This document shows positions 55,694 to 64,000 of a DNA stretch of 64,000 bases, piece after piece. The translations under genes and the position numbers were made by a program. The notes beneath the pieces are model-generated. The model was not told the DNA's origin. It was given only the letters and a program-made list of their open reading frames with translations, and did no database searches. This stretch comes from Clostridia bacterium (GTDB taxonomy: Bacteria > Bacillota > Clostridia > Christensenellales > Borkfalkiaceae). Positions within the stretch are counted from its first letter, which is position 1; every line of letters begins with the position of its first letter. The stretch is taken from positions 3,876 to 67,875 of the forward strand of contig JAFTHW010000007.1 of the NCBI GenBank assembly GCA_017457225.1. Reading direction: 5' to 3'.

Positions 55694-57293
55694 CGTGATG
55701 ATCAGAATCGGCTCGAGTATCGTTTGCGCGTGCTTTTTGTGCGCGACAACTATCGGTATGGTCGGCGCGATGCAACAGGGCGGTTATAAAAACGACGCGT
55801 TTTTCCGTTGGCTCAAACGGAAAGACAATTTGTTTTTTAACCGTTTGAGCGTGTTGTCCTTATGCTTGTTTTTGGCTACGGCGATCACGGCGCTGTGCTT
55901 TTCTTTCCTCGGCGTTCAAATCGCTTTGATCATTTCTGCCGTTCCCTATATGACGTTGCTCTTTGTATTCCATTTCTCTGGTAAAAAATATGCCTTGAAA
56001 GTGCCTGCCGTTCGTACGGGTCGGTATTGTAGGCTGTCCGGCGTGTATGCCTTTTTGGTATTGTGCGTATCCTACGCCGCGATTGCACTTTTAGAATTTT
56101 TGTCGGTGTGGATCGATACGGAATTGTATTCCTTATTGGCGTATACGCCTTTTGCGGCGATGCCGCTCGTACTGCCGTTCCTACTTTGCCTGGCGAATGC
56201 TCTTGAAAGTGTTTACGAACGGATTCGGAACGGTAAATTCGTCGAACGTATGGGGCAGGTATTAGACGAAAAGGAAATGATTCGCGTGGGCGTCGTGGGA
56301 AGTTACGGGAAAACTTCGGTGAAAAATATACTCGCGACCATACTTTCTACGCATTACGACGTGATTGCTACGGCGGAATCGTACAATACGCCGATCGGGA
56401 TTGCGAAAACGGTCGCGTTGCCTGAATTTGAAAAGAAACAGGTATTTATTGCGGAGATGGGCGCTCGGAAAGCGGGGGATATTCAGGAGCTTTGCGAGAT
56501 GGTGAAGCCCGATTACGCCGTCTTTACGGGCGTGTGCGAACAACATATTTTCACGTTCGGGGATTTGGACTCCGTTTGGGCAGAGAAGAGTGTGATTCTC
56601 CGCTGTGGAACGAAAAAGACGGTTTGCGGTACGGGATTGAAAACACGTATGGACAGTTTGAGTGAGGACGTGAAAAGCCGCTGTATCCTCATAGACGACG
56701 CTACGGTGAAAAACGTGCGACTCGGGGCGAAAAGCACCGAATTTACCGTTGTTTTAGGGGTGGAAGAGCTTGACGTGAAAACGCCGTTGCTTGGCAGGGC
56801 GGCGGTGGAAAATATTACGCTGGCGGTTACGCTTGCCAAAGAGATGGGGTTGACGGTTGAAGAGATCGAAAAGGGATTGAAAACCATAACTCCGATTCCT
56901 CATCGCTTGCAGCTTTTGGAAAGCGACGGAGTGTATATTCTCGACGACGGATACAACTGCAATCCCGTCGGAGCAAAAGAGGCGATTGAAGCGCTTGGGC
57001 GGTTTGAGGGTAGAAAATGTATTGTCACGCCCGGGATCGTGGAATGCGGGATCTTGGAGGAAACGATTAACGGAGTCTTAGGCGAGGAGATCGCAAGAGC
57101 GAAGTTCGATAAAGTGATTTTGGTAGGCGATACGCTCGTAGGAGCGGTAAAAGACGGTTACGTGACGGCAGGCGGCGAGATCGATGCTTTGGCTTCGGCG
57201 CAGACGTTGGAGGACGTGAAAGGACTCCTTGCCGAGTGGACGAAGAAAGGGGACGCCGTACTGTTTTTGAACGATTTGCCCGACGTGTATTGA
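55686..57293 (+). CDS. murF: Mur ligase, MurF-like (UDP-MurNAc-tripeptide--D-Ala-D-Ala ligase), with the N-terminal domain replaced by ~5 TM helices
   Basis: The P-loop is VVGSYGKTSVKN, and PHRLQ and DDGYNCNP are present. ddl is immediately downstream. The N-terminal ~190 aa are hydrophobic. Confidence 0.7.
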   Translation: MIDVMIRIGSSIVCACFLCATTIGMVGAMQQGGYKNDAFFRWLKRKDNLFFNRLSVLSLCLFLATAITALCFSFLGVQIALIISAVPYMTLLFVFHFSGKKYALKVPAVRTGRYCRLSGVYAFLVLCVSYAAIALLEFLSVWIDTELYSLLAYTPFAAMPLVLPFLLCLANALESVYERIRNGKFVERMGQVLDEKEMIRVGVVGSYGKTSVKNILATILSTHYDVIATAESYNTPIGIAKTVALPEFEKKQVFIAEMGARKAGDIQELCEMVKPDYAVFTGVCEQHIFTFGDLDSVWAEKSVILRCGTKKTVCGTGLKTRMDSLSEDVKSRCILIDDATVKNVRLGAKSTEFTVVLGVEELDVKTPLLGRAAVENITLAVTLAKEMGLTVEEIEKGLKTITPIPHRLQLLESDGVYILDDGYNCNPVGAKEAIEALGRFEGRKCIVTPGIVECGILEETINGVLGEEIARAKFDKVILVGDTLVGAVKDGYVTAGGEIDALASAQTLEDVKGLLAEWTKKGDAVLFLNDLPDVY

Positions 57294-57350
57294 GAAAAAG
57301 AATACGTAGGAAACACCAAAGCGAAGAAATCTTTGCGGAGGTGTTTTTTT

Positions 57351-58475
57351 ATGCGGAAAGTGGCTGTGTTTTTTGGGGGCAAGTCGTGCGAGAATGAAAT
57401 TTCCGTATTGACGGGGATCTTTGCGCTCCATTTGTTGGATCGGGAAAAATATACTCCCGTTCCCGTGTATATACATACGGACGGGAGTATGTACAGCTCC
57501 CCGAAAATGAGGGATATCAAAATTTTTCGAGAGGGGAAGTTTGCTTCGTTCGAGCGCGTGTTTTTCGAGGGCGGAACGTTGTATTCCATTTCGGAGAATA
57601 AAAAAAAGATCAAGGCGAAGTCGAGAATCGACGTTGCTTTGAACTGTTGCCACGGGGGCTTGGGCGAGGGTGGTGGCGTTTCCGCTATGATGGAATGGAA
57701 CGAAATTCCGCTCGCTTCTCCCGATTTGACGGCTTCGGGGGTATTTATGGATAAGAGTCTTACCAAACTCGTGATGCGCGCGCTCAACGTGCCCGTCGTC
57801 GATTATATTCGCGTCAATGAAAGCGATTATGAAAAGAGAGGACCATTTTTACTCAAAAGCATTGCGGGAAGATTGAAATATCCCGTCATCGTCAAACCCG
57901 CGCATTTGGGCTCGTCCATTGGGATCTCGGTTGCGGAGAATGAAGAGGAAGCGAAACGCGCGATCGAAAGCGGATTTGAGCTGGACGATCGGGTAATCAT
58001 TGAAAAGTATCTGCCCGAAAAAAAGGACGTTAATTGCGCGGCGTATGCGATGAACGGAGAGATCTACGTGTCCGAGCCTGAAACGGCGTTTGAAAACGGA
58101 GTGTACTCCTTTGAAGAAAAATACGTCAAAAGAAAAGAGGACGGATTGTTGCAAAACGGAGCAAAGGGTGGGGGCAGGGTTGCGTTGAGCGGGGATTTGC
58201 GCGAAAAAATCCGCTCGTATACCAAGACCGTGTATAAGCGTATGAATCTTTGCGGCGTGGTGAGAATGGATTTTCTCGTCAGCGGAGAAAAAGCCTATCT
58301 TTGCGAGGTGAATACCGTTCCCGGCTCGTTGGCGTATTACCTCTTTTGCGAGCGAGTGTCCGACGGGCGGACGTTTTTCGGGGATCTTCTGGAAGAGGCG
58401 CTGCGAACAAAAAAATCCGAAAAGAAATTGGTGACGACGGGGATTTTGCAAACGGCAAGACAGCGGACAAAATAA
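57351..58475 (+). CDS. ddl: D-alanine--D-alanine ligase
   Basis: Motifs VAVFFGGKSCENEISVLTG, HGGLGEGG and VRMDFLV...EVNTVPG are present. RBS GGAGGTG precedes ATG 57351. Confidence 0.9.
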   Translation: MRKVAVFFGGKSCENEISVLTGIFALHLLDREKYTPVPVYIHTDGSMYSSPKMRDIKIFREGKFASFERVFFEGGTLYSISENKKKIKAKSRIDVALNCCHGGLGEGGGVSAMMEWNEIPLASPDLTASGVFMDKSLTKLVMRALNVPVVDYIRVNESDYEKRGPFLLKSIAGRLKYPVIVKPAHLGSSIGISVAENEEEAKRAIESGFELDDRVIIEKYLPEKKDVNCAAYAMNGEIYVSEPETAFENGVYSFEEKYVKRKEDGLLQNGAKGGGRVALSGDLREKIRSYTKTVYKRMNLCGVVRMDFLVSGEKAYLCEVNTVPGSLAYYLFCERVSDGRTFFGDLLEEALRTKKSEKKLVTTGILQTARQRTK

Positions 58476-58477
58476 TA

Positions 58478-58512
58478 TAAAGAAAGGGCGGAAAATTTCC
58501 GCCCTTTCTTTA
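58478..58512 (+). terminator. Intrinsic terminator after ddl
   Basis: The stem is AAAGAAAGGGCGGAAA / TTTCCGCCCTTTCTTT. Confidence 0.8.
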
Positions 58513-58576
58513 TATACTAAATACGTCGGGGCATAAGCACTTCAAAAAAATTTTTTAACTTTTTTTCAAAAAACTA

Positions 58577-58605
58577 TTGACAAACAATACTATGCATTGT
58601 ATAAT
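58577..58605 (+). promoter_or_regulatory. Consensus sigma-A promoter (TTGACA-17-TGtATAAT-type) for the PadR operon
   Basis: The -35 is at 58577-58582 and the -10 TATAAT at 58600-58605. ATGCA half-sites flank the -10. Confidence 0.6.
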
Positions 58606-58628
58606 ATTATGCAAAGGAGGGTATAAAC

Positions 58629-58943
58629 GTGGACGCGCAATTAAAAAAAGGTTTGTTGGAGATTTGCGTGCTGACCGCCATTCGGGGCGAGGAGTCGTAC
58701 GGATATAAGATTATTTCCGATTTAGCTCCTTATATTGAAATTTCGGAGTCGACGCTCTATCCCATTCTCAAAAGGTTAGAAAGCAGCGGCGCTGTAACGA
58801 TACGAAGCGAGGCGTACAACGGCAGGCTACGGAAATATTTCAAGATTACTCGATTGGGGTTGTCAAAGATCGATGAGTTCATCGATGGTATGCAGGAATT
58901 TAAAAAGATAAGCGATTATATTATAGGAGGAGGAAACGTATGA
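58629..58943 (+). CDS. PadR-family transcriptional regulator
   Basis: The sequence reads LKKGLLEICVLTAI...ESYGYKI...STLYPILKRLE. It has a GTG start with RBS AAAGGAGGG. Confidence 0.85.
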   Translation: MDAQLKKGLLEICVLTAIRGEESYGYKIISDLAPYIEISESTLYPILKRLESSGAVTIRSEAYNGRLRKYFKITRLGLSKIDEFIDGMQEFKKISDYIIGGGNV

Positions 58944-59521
58944 CTTTCAAGGAATGGGAAAGACGGTTGAACAAGAGCTTGAAAGATTGTTCCAAAGAGG
59001 AAAAGAAAAAGATTCTCGATTATTATCGGGAAATATACGGCGATAAGCTGGATGCGGGAATGGAGGAAGAACGGATTTTGGACGAGTTCGGTGCTCCCGA
59101 AGAATGCGCGAATAAATTGCTCGTGGAAGAGGGGAGAGAAAGTTCGCCGCCGCCAATAAAAAAAGAAAGAAAAAGTAGTTCGGTTTCGCCTGCGCAGATC
59201 GTGGGAATGGTATTTTTGACTTTGACGGTGCTTATTCCGATTTTTGCTTCCCTTTTCGCTGTCGTCGTGGGCTTTGCTTCGGTGGCGCTTGCAGGAGGAG
59301 CGAGTGCGATTGCAGGCGTTGTCTACGCCGTGTTCGCGCCTTTCCTTTTTGGGTACTACGGCGCGTCGTTTTGGGGGATTTTTACTGGCGTCGGTGTGGG
59401 AATTGCCACTTTAGGCGTGGGATTGATTTTGGTGGTTTTCGGATATTACGCGACGAAATATACGGCGATTGCCACGATTTGGCTATTTAAGAAAATCTAT
59501 TTCAGGAGGGAACAACGATGA
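58940..59521 (+). CDS. DUF1700-like membrane protein (PadR-operon partner)
   Basis: The N-terminus reads FKEWERRLNKSLKDCSKEEKKKILDYYREIY, followed by 3 C-terminal TM helices. Both gene junctions overlap by 4 nt. Confidence 0.65.
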   Translation: MTFKEWERRLNKSLKDCSKEEKKKILDYYREIYGDKLDAGMEEERILDEFGAPEECANKLLVEEGRESSPPPIKKERKSSSVSPAQIVGMVFLTLTVLIPIFASLFAVVVGFASVALAGGASAIAGVVYAVFAPFLFGYYGASFWGIFTGVGVGIATLGVGLILVVFGYYATKYTAIATIWLFKKIYFRREQR

Positions 59522-60474
59522 AAAAGATTTGGAAAATTTTGTGTATTGTGGGGCTGTCGGCGATCCTTGTAGGTGGCGTTGTGGTCGGAGTAGGAGCGCT
59601 CGCGGCGAAAGGCGATATGGCGGCTTTGTCGTACTTGACGGTGGAACAAAAAACGTATGTGGAAAGCGGGACGACTCCCGTGACGTCTGTAAATTTGGAT
59701 TTTAAAGATACGGACGTGGACTTAATATTTTCGGATGAGGCAGAAAGCGTTTCCGTGTCCTATCCGCAAAAAATGACGAAAAGCGGAAAAGAAGCCAGCG
59801 TTGTTTTCGTGACGGAGGTGGACGGCGCGTTGCGAATCACCGAAAAGACGAATTGGAAACGGACGTGGCTGGCTTGGGATTTTATCGAAGAAAAAGCCGT
59901 AATCACTTTGCCGAGCGAAAGAACATATTCGTTGAAAGTAGACGTGGACAACGGCGACGTGAAGGTATTGGGAAACGCGAAAACGGGAAGTTTGTCGATT
60001 TCTACGGATAACGGCGACGTGATCGCGAAAAACGCGAAGATTGTTGCGGAGACTCTTCGTGTGGAGTCGGACAACGGCGATTTGGAATTGAGCTCGTTTA
60101 CGGCGAAGAACGTGACGATAGAAACGGACAACGGCGATGTCACGATCGGGAACGGTACGGTAAGCGAAAAGACGTCGATAAGTTTGGATAACGGTCGAGT
60201 TGCGATCAACGGAACGCTTGTATCGAACAGGATCGAAATTGATACCGACAATGGGGGCGTGTACGCGACGAACGGGGTTTTGGACGGAAAAAACATCTCA
60301 TTGGAAACGGACAATGGAAATATTAAAATCAACGTGGCAGGCGCGCAGAGCGAGTATTCCGTATACGTGGAAAAGGAGAACGGAAACTCTAACGTATCTT
60401 CTATGCCCGGCGGGGAAAAGCGGTTAGAATTGTCGGTGGATAACGGTGACATTTACGTAACGTTTCAAGGTTGA
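59518..60474 (+). CDS. DUF4097-like beta-strand-repeat protein (putative adhesin/LiaG-like) with an N-terminal TM helix
   Basis: There are eight ~20-aa repeats centred on (T/V)DNG(D/G/N/R)(V/I/L). Confidence 0.7.
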   Translation: MKKIWKILCIVGLSAILVGGVVVGVGALAAKGDMAALSYLTVEQKTYVESGTTPVTSVNLDFKDTDVDLIFSDEAESVSVSYPQKMTKSGKEASVVFVTEVDGALRITEKTNWKRTWLAWDFIEEKAVITLPSERTYSLKVDVDNGDVKVLGNAKTGSLSISTDNGDVIAKNAKIVAETLRVESDNGDLELSSFTAKNVTIETDNGDVTIGNGTVSEKTSISLDNGRVAINGTLVSNRIEIDTDNGGVYATNGVLDGKNISLETDNGNIKINVAGAQSEYSVYVEKENGNSNVSSMPGGEKRLELSVDNGDIYVTFQG

Positions 60475-60490
60475 TAACGGCGGATAATGA

Positions 60491-60520
60491 AAAAAAGCGG
60501 AGCTCACAGCTCCGCTTTTT
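60491..60520. terminator. Bidirectional terminator
   Basis: The stem GCGGAGC / GCTCCGC is flanked by A6 and T5. Confidence 0.75.
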
Positions 60521-60539
60521 GTATTTCAAAAATTATAAA

Positions 60540-61316
60540 TTATTCGTTTTCATTGTCCGAGTCGCCACTCAAAGGCAAGGGCCGATCGATCGTGCGCTCA
60601 GAAGAAACCAAAGAAAAACGTTGGCCTTTGGTGGACAGGTAAATGATCGTATACGTAACGGCGCCCACCGTTTCCCAGATCATATCCTGCATCGTGTCGA
60701 TGAGTCCGATGTCGATATATCCTTTTTGAATTTCTCCGTTGACGATTACGCTTTGGATTTCGTTGATTACTCCGATTTCGCCTACCTTTCCCCCTAGCAG
60801 GTACGAGTTTAACGCGTCCAGAAAACGGTCTTTTTGCATGTCGGTATGGAAGAGGGAGTCCATTCCGTACTCGATAAATTCCCAAAGTCCTGCAATGGCG
60901 ATGGAGAAGAATAAGCCAAACGCCGCGCAGAGAACAAAGCTGCAAGGACGACCTTTGTTAAAGAACTTGGGCAAAAACGCTCCGAACATCGCGAAGATGA
61001 TTCCGGCGAAGCCGTGCATCAGTTTATCCCACCAAGTCGTGATATGGTACAGATCGTACGAATACCCCAATAGCGGACAGACCGTATAGAGCATTACGAA
61101 GAAATACAAAGTTGTATGTATGCGGAATTTTAACAGCCATTGTAAAAGAAGGGGAATAAAGACGTAGGCGATGGAGATGGCGCTCATCCACGCTTTTAAC
61201 CACTTTTCCTGGAAGGCGAAAATAAAAAAGGATACAATGCAAAAAATCAGGCAGGCTAAAAACCATATTTCCCGAAATACGTCGATTTTTTTCTCTTTGC
61301 GAATCGAGCTCAGCAT
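60540..61316 (-). CDS. Polytopic membrane protein of unknown function
   Basis: It has RBS AAGGAG, about 6 TM helices, and motifs WDKLMHGFAG and LWEFIEYGMD. I did not recognise the family securely. Confidence 0.5.
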   Translation of the reverse strand: MLSSIRKEKKIDVFREIWFLACLIFCIVSFFIFAFQEKWLKAWMSAISIAYVFIPLLLQWLLKFRIHTTLYFFVMLYTVCPLLGYSYDLYHITTWWDKLMHGFAGIIFAMFGAFLPKFFNKGRPCSFVLCAAFGLFFSIAIAGLWEFIEYGMDSLFHTDMQKDRFLDALNSYLLGGKVGEIGVINEIQSVIVNGEIQKGYIDIGLIDTMQDMIWETVGAVTYTIIYLSTKGQRFSLVSSERTIDRPLPLSGDSDNENE

Positions 61317-61520
61317 AGCAATCTCCTTTTCGATTTTCTATATTTTAGCATTTTATATAAAATATGTCAATCGGAATGCGAAATATTTAAAAAATTCAAA
61401 AACCGAACTTTTTAAACTCTTTTTCCTAAAAGGAAAAGAATTTTGATAACAGCGTATCAAATTCATTGATTTTTCCGTGGAATTTTGGTATAATTCGGAA
61501 AAAAGAAGGAATGAAAGGGT

Positions 61521-62801
61521 ATGGCATACGGCGAATTTACCGATAAAGTGAAAATTTTAATTAAGGCGGGCGACGGCGGCGACGGTATGAACTCGTTCAA
61601 GGCGTTCAAGGGCAAGCCTGCGTGCGGACCTGACGGCGGCGACGGCGGTCGGGGCGGCGACGTGTATTTCGTCGGAGATAAGGATATGAACGATTTGTTT
61701 TCGTTCCGTTTCACTTCTAAATTTTTTGCGGAAAACGGCGAAGTAGGGGGAACGAACCGCTGCTTTGGAAGAAGCGGGAAAAATACGTATATCAAAGTGC
61801 CGCTCGGAACGCTCGTTCGCGACGAGGAAACGGGACGGCTGATTTGCGACGTGTTCGAGGACGGACAGGAAGTGTTGGTGGCGAGGGGCGGAAACGGCGG
61901 AAAAGGTAACGTGCGCTTTACTACCGCCAGAAGACACGCGCCGAACTTCGCGCAAAAAGGCGAAAAAGTCAAACAACATTACGTCATTTTGGAGATGAAA
62001 GTCATTGCGGACGTGGGCTTCGTTGGATTCCCGAACGTGGGAAAAAGTACTCTTTTGAGTAAAATTTCGGCGGCAAAGCCCAAGATTGCGAATTACCATT
62101 TCACGACGCTGTCTCCCAATCTGGGCGTGGTGCGTTACTACGAAAAATCGTTCGTGGCGGCGGATATTCCCGGACTCATCGAGGGCGCGGCGAAAGGCGC
62201 GGGGCTCGGACACGATTTCCTCAAACATATCGAACGGACGAGAATGCTCTGTCACGTCGTCGATATTTCAGGCTGCGAGGGACGGGATCCCGTGGATGAT
62301 TTTAAAAAGATCAACGAAGAACTCAAAGAGTTCAGCGAGGCGCTTGCCGCGTTGCCGCACATCATCGTTTGTAATAAGTGCGACGTGTACGGCGCGGAAG
62401 AGAATTTGAAAGCGTTCAAGAAAAAGTACGGAAGAAAATATAAAATCTATCCCATTACCGCTTTGACGGGCGAGGGCACGCGAGAACTCATAGAAGGGAT
62501 CTTGGAAAAGCTTTCGGAACTTCCGCCCGTAGAGCCTGTGATTCCCGAAGAGGAGTTCGAGTACAAGGCGAACGACGATCTCGATTTCGAGATCTTCCAA
62601 GACGAGAACGGCGTGTACGTCGTGGTGGGCGGACTCGTGGATATGCTGTGCCGCAACGTCGTACTCAACAATCCCGACTCTATGCTCTATTTCCAAAAAG
62701 TATTGCGGCTTCGCGGCGTGATCAAGGGGCTCGCAAAATTGGGTTGTAAAGAGGGTGACACCGTTTCGATCGGTGACGTGGAATTTGATTTCATTCCCTA
62801 A
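61521..62801 (+). CDS. obg: GTPase Obg/CgtA
   Basis: The Gly-rich Obg fold reads GDGGDG...GPDGGDGGRGGDVYF. G1 is GFPNVGKST, and a C-terminal OCT domain is present. Confidence 0.9.
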   Translation: MAYGEFTDKVKILIKAGDGGDGMNSFKAFKGKPACGPDGGDGGRGGDVYFVGDKDMNDLFSFRFTSKFFAENGEVGGTNRCFGRSGKNTYIKVPLGTLVRDEETGRLICDVFEDGQEVLVARGGNGGKGNVRFTTARRHAPNFAQKGEKVKQHYVILEMKVIADVGFVGFPNVGKSTLLSKISAAKPKIANYHFTTLSPNLGVVRYYEKSFVAADIPGLIEGAAKGAGLGHDFLKHIERTRMLCHVVDISGCEGRDPVDDFKKINEELKEFSEALAALPHIIVCNKCDVYGAEENLKAFKKKYGRKYKIYPITALTGEGTRELIEGILEKLSELPPVEPVIPEEEFEYKANDDLDFEIFQDENGVYVVVGGLVDMLCRNVVLNNPDSMLYFQKVLRLRGVIKGLAKLGCKEGDTVSIGDVEFDFIP

Positions 62802-62861
62802 GCAGGAATGGAGAAAGGGCGTACCGTGTACGTGATGAATGAAGAAAAAGGAAGAAAAATT

Positions 62862-63176
62862 ATGACGATTATTACCAGTGAAAACATTACGAGTAAGCAA
62901 AGAAGCAAACTTAAGTCCATTGCTGCGAATCTTTCGCCTGTGACGCAGATCGGAAAGGGCGGAATCACCGACAATTTATTGAAAACGCTTTCGGACGCGT
63001 TGGACGCGCGGGAGATCATCAAGGTCAATATTTTGGAAACGGCGGACGACGACGTGAAGAATCTCGCGGAGAACGTGGCGGAGCTGTTGGAAGCCGTGCC
63101 TGTGGCGGTGATCGGTAGAAAGGCGATTTTTTACCGCTATTCCCGTCGGGATAAGTTTGCGCATTTGGAAATCTGA
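62862..63176 (+). CDS. yhbY: YhbY-like CRM-domain RNA-binding protein (ribosome assembly)
   Basis: The sequence reads LTSKQRSKLKSIAANLSPVTQIGKGGITDNL...EIIKV. I chose the start at ATG 62862. Confidence 0.8.
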   Translation: MTIITSENITSKQRSKLKSIAANLSPVTQIGKGGITDNLLKTLSDALDAREIIKVNILETADDDVKNLAENVAELLEAVPVAVIGRKAIFYRYSRRDKFAHLEI

Positions 63177-63257
63177 ACGGAAAAATTTTCAAAAAAGCGT
63201 TTAAAAACGCCCGATCGGTTGTATAAATGAGAGAGAAAAGAAATAAAGGAAACGGTT

Positions 63258-63797
63258 ATGGAACAGGAAGAATTGAAAAACGTAGAGAAAACTCCCGTAG
63301 AGGAAAACGATTGCGCGGAAGAAAAGAAAACCAAGAAAAAATGCTCGGGTAAAAAGCAGGAAGAGTTGGAAAAGGCGCTCGCGGAAGCGGAAGAATGTAA
63401 GAGAAAGTGGTATGCGGTGACGGCGGAGTATGAAAACTACCGCAGAAGAACGCAAAACCAAGCGGCGCAACGGTATGCGGACGGTAGAAACGATGTGATC
63501 GCTTCCCTTTTCGTGATCGGAGATAACCTCGAACGCGCGTTGGCGGCTTGCTCGGACGAGAATACGAAACAGGGGATCGATATGATCCTCAAAACGTTCA
63601 AAAAAGTGTTGGAGGGCGAGGGAGTCGAAGAGATTGATCCCGTAGGTCAGCCGTTCGACGCAACGTATTCCGAAGCGATTATGGCGACGCCTTCGGAAAA
63701 CGGCGAGGAGAGCGGTATCGTGAAGCAGGTATACGTGAAAGGGTACAAAAAGGGCGAAAAAGTTTTGCGCTACGCGCAAGTGATTGTAACGCAATAA
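63258..63797 (+). CDS. grpE: Nucleotide exchange factor GrpE
   Basis: Motifs RVTAEYENYRRRT and VLRYAQVIV are present. It is followed by a terminator rather than dnaK. Confidence 0.9.
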   Translation: MEQEELKNVEKTPVEENDCAEEKKTKKKCSGKKQEELEKALAEAEECKRKWYAVTAEYENYRRRTQNQAAQRYADGRNDVIASLFVIGDNLERALAACSDENTKQGIDMILKTFKKVLEGEGVEEIDPVGQPFDATYSEAIMATPSENGEESGIVKQVYVKGYKKGEKVLRYAQVIVTQ

Positions 63798-63829
63798 AAA
63801 AATCCCCTGCCTGATCGGTAGGGGATTTT
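63797..63829 (+). terminator. Intrinsic terminator after grpE
   Basis: The stem is AATCCCCT / AGGGGATT plus TT. Confidence 0.75.
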
Positions 63830-63844
63830 CACAAGGAGAAGCAT

Positions 63845-64000
63845 ATGACCGAAAGAGAAAAAATGCTTGCGGGACAGCTGTATAAAACCAACGATCCCGA
63901 GCTCGCCGCGGGCAATCCGTGTAGGGTGATCCGCAAGGTCACGGAGCAAGATTCCGTGCAATATAAAAAGAACTCTTTTAATGAAGTTCCCCGTTTGCAG
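63845..64000 (+). pseudogene. Maltose/galactoside O-acetyltransferase-like remnant with an internal deletion; runs off the window
   Basis: MTEREKMLAGQLYKTNDPELAA (Mac N-terminal motif) is fused in frame to GNPCRVIRKV (the extreme C-terminal motif). The hexapeptide-repeat core is missing. Confidence 0.4.

Overview
This 64-kb chromosomal segment has the hallmarks of a Clostridia-class Firmicute living on host glycans. It uses AGGAGG-type RBSs and TTGACA-17-TATAAT promoters, and it carries Firmicutes synteny blocks (ywlC-ywlE-rpiB-upp, tsaE-tsaB-rimI, obg-yhbY, a DnaD/DnaB-type primosome gene, YlmC/YmxH). I call about 50 protein genes, 2 tRNAs (Ser-GGA, Leu-CAG), one FMN riboswitch and a set of promoters and intrinsic terminators. 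The left 15 kb is a glycan-foraging locus. It holds a GH95-like fragment, an SGNH esterase, a GH112 galacto-/lacto-N-biose phosphorylase, a 46-aa acidic ORF, and a 10.6-kb gene for a ~3530-aa membrane-anchored modular protein. That protein has a DUF4091/GH123-like core and an array of repeated, apparently unclassified beta-sandwich modules; it is the most unusual coding feature. The rest is mostly housekeeping: CapD-like dehydratase, NadE, type III glutamine synthetase, a radical-SAM DNA-repair-like pair, PnuC, Na/Pi-PhoU, SbcCD, LepB, DegV, ACT+UPF0210, PepF, DnaB helicase, Sua5, RpiB, Upp, PdxK, a two-component system, RibU, TsaEB, RimI, MurF-like, Ddl, a PadR operon, Obg, YhbY and GrpE. The most unusual non-coding features are two tRNA-adjacent repeat islands. 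(i) A 2 x 209-bp tandem duplication sits between tRNA-Ser and a four-helix-bundle gene. It is built from six hairpin-plus-9-mer modules, and its copy-to-copy substitutions all preserve minus-strand RNA pairing. (ii) A 2.4 x 157-bp tandem repeat lies downstream of tRNA-Leu. Each unit carries a perfect 17-nt antisense copy of that tRNA's 3' end (primer-binding-site-like) and ends in a terminator hairpin. I saw no integrase, transposase, CRISPR array or recognisable defence genes. All functional calls come from motif recognition by eye; no database searches or folding programs were run.
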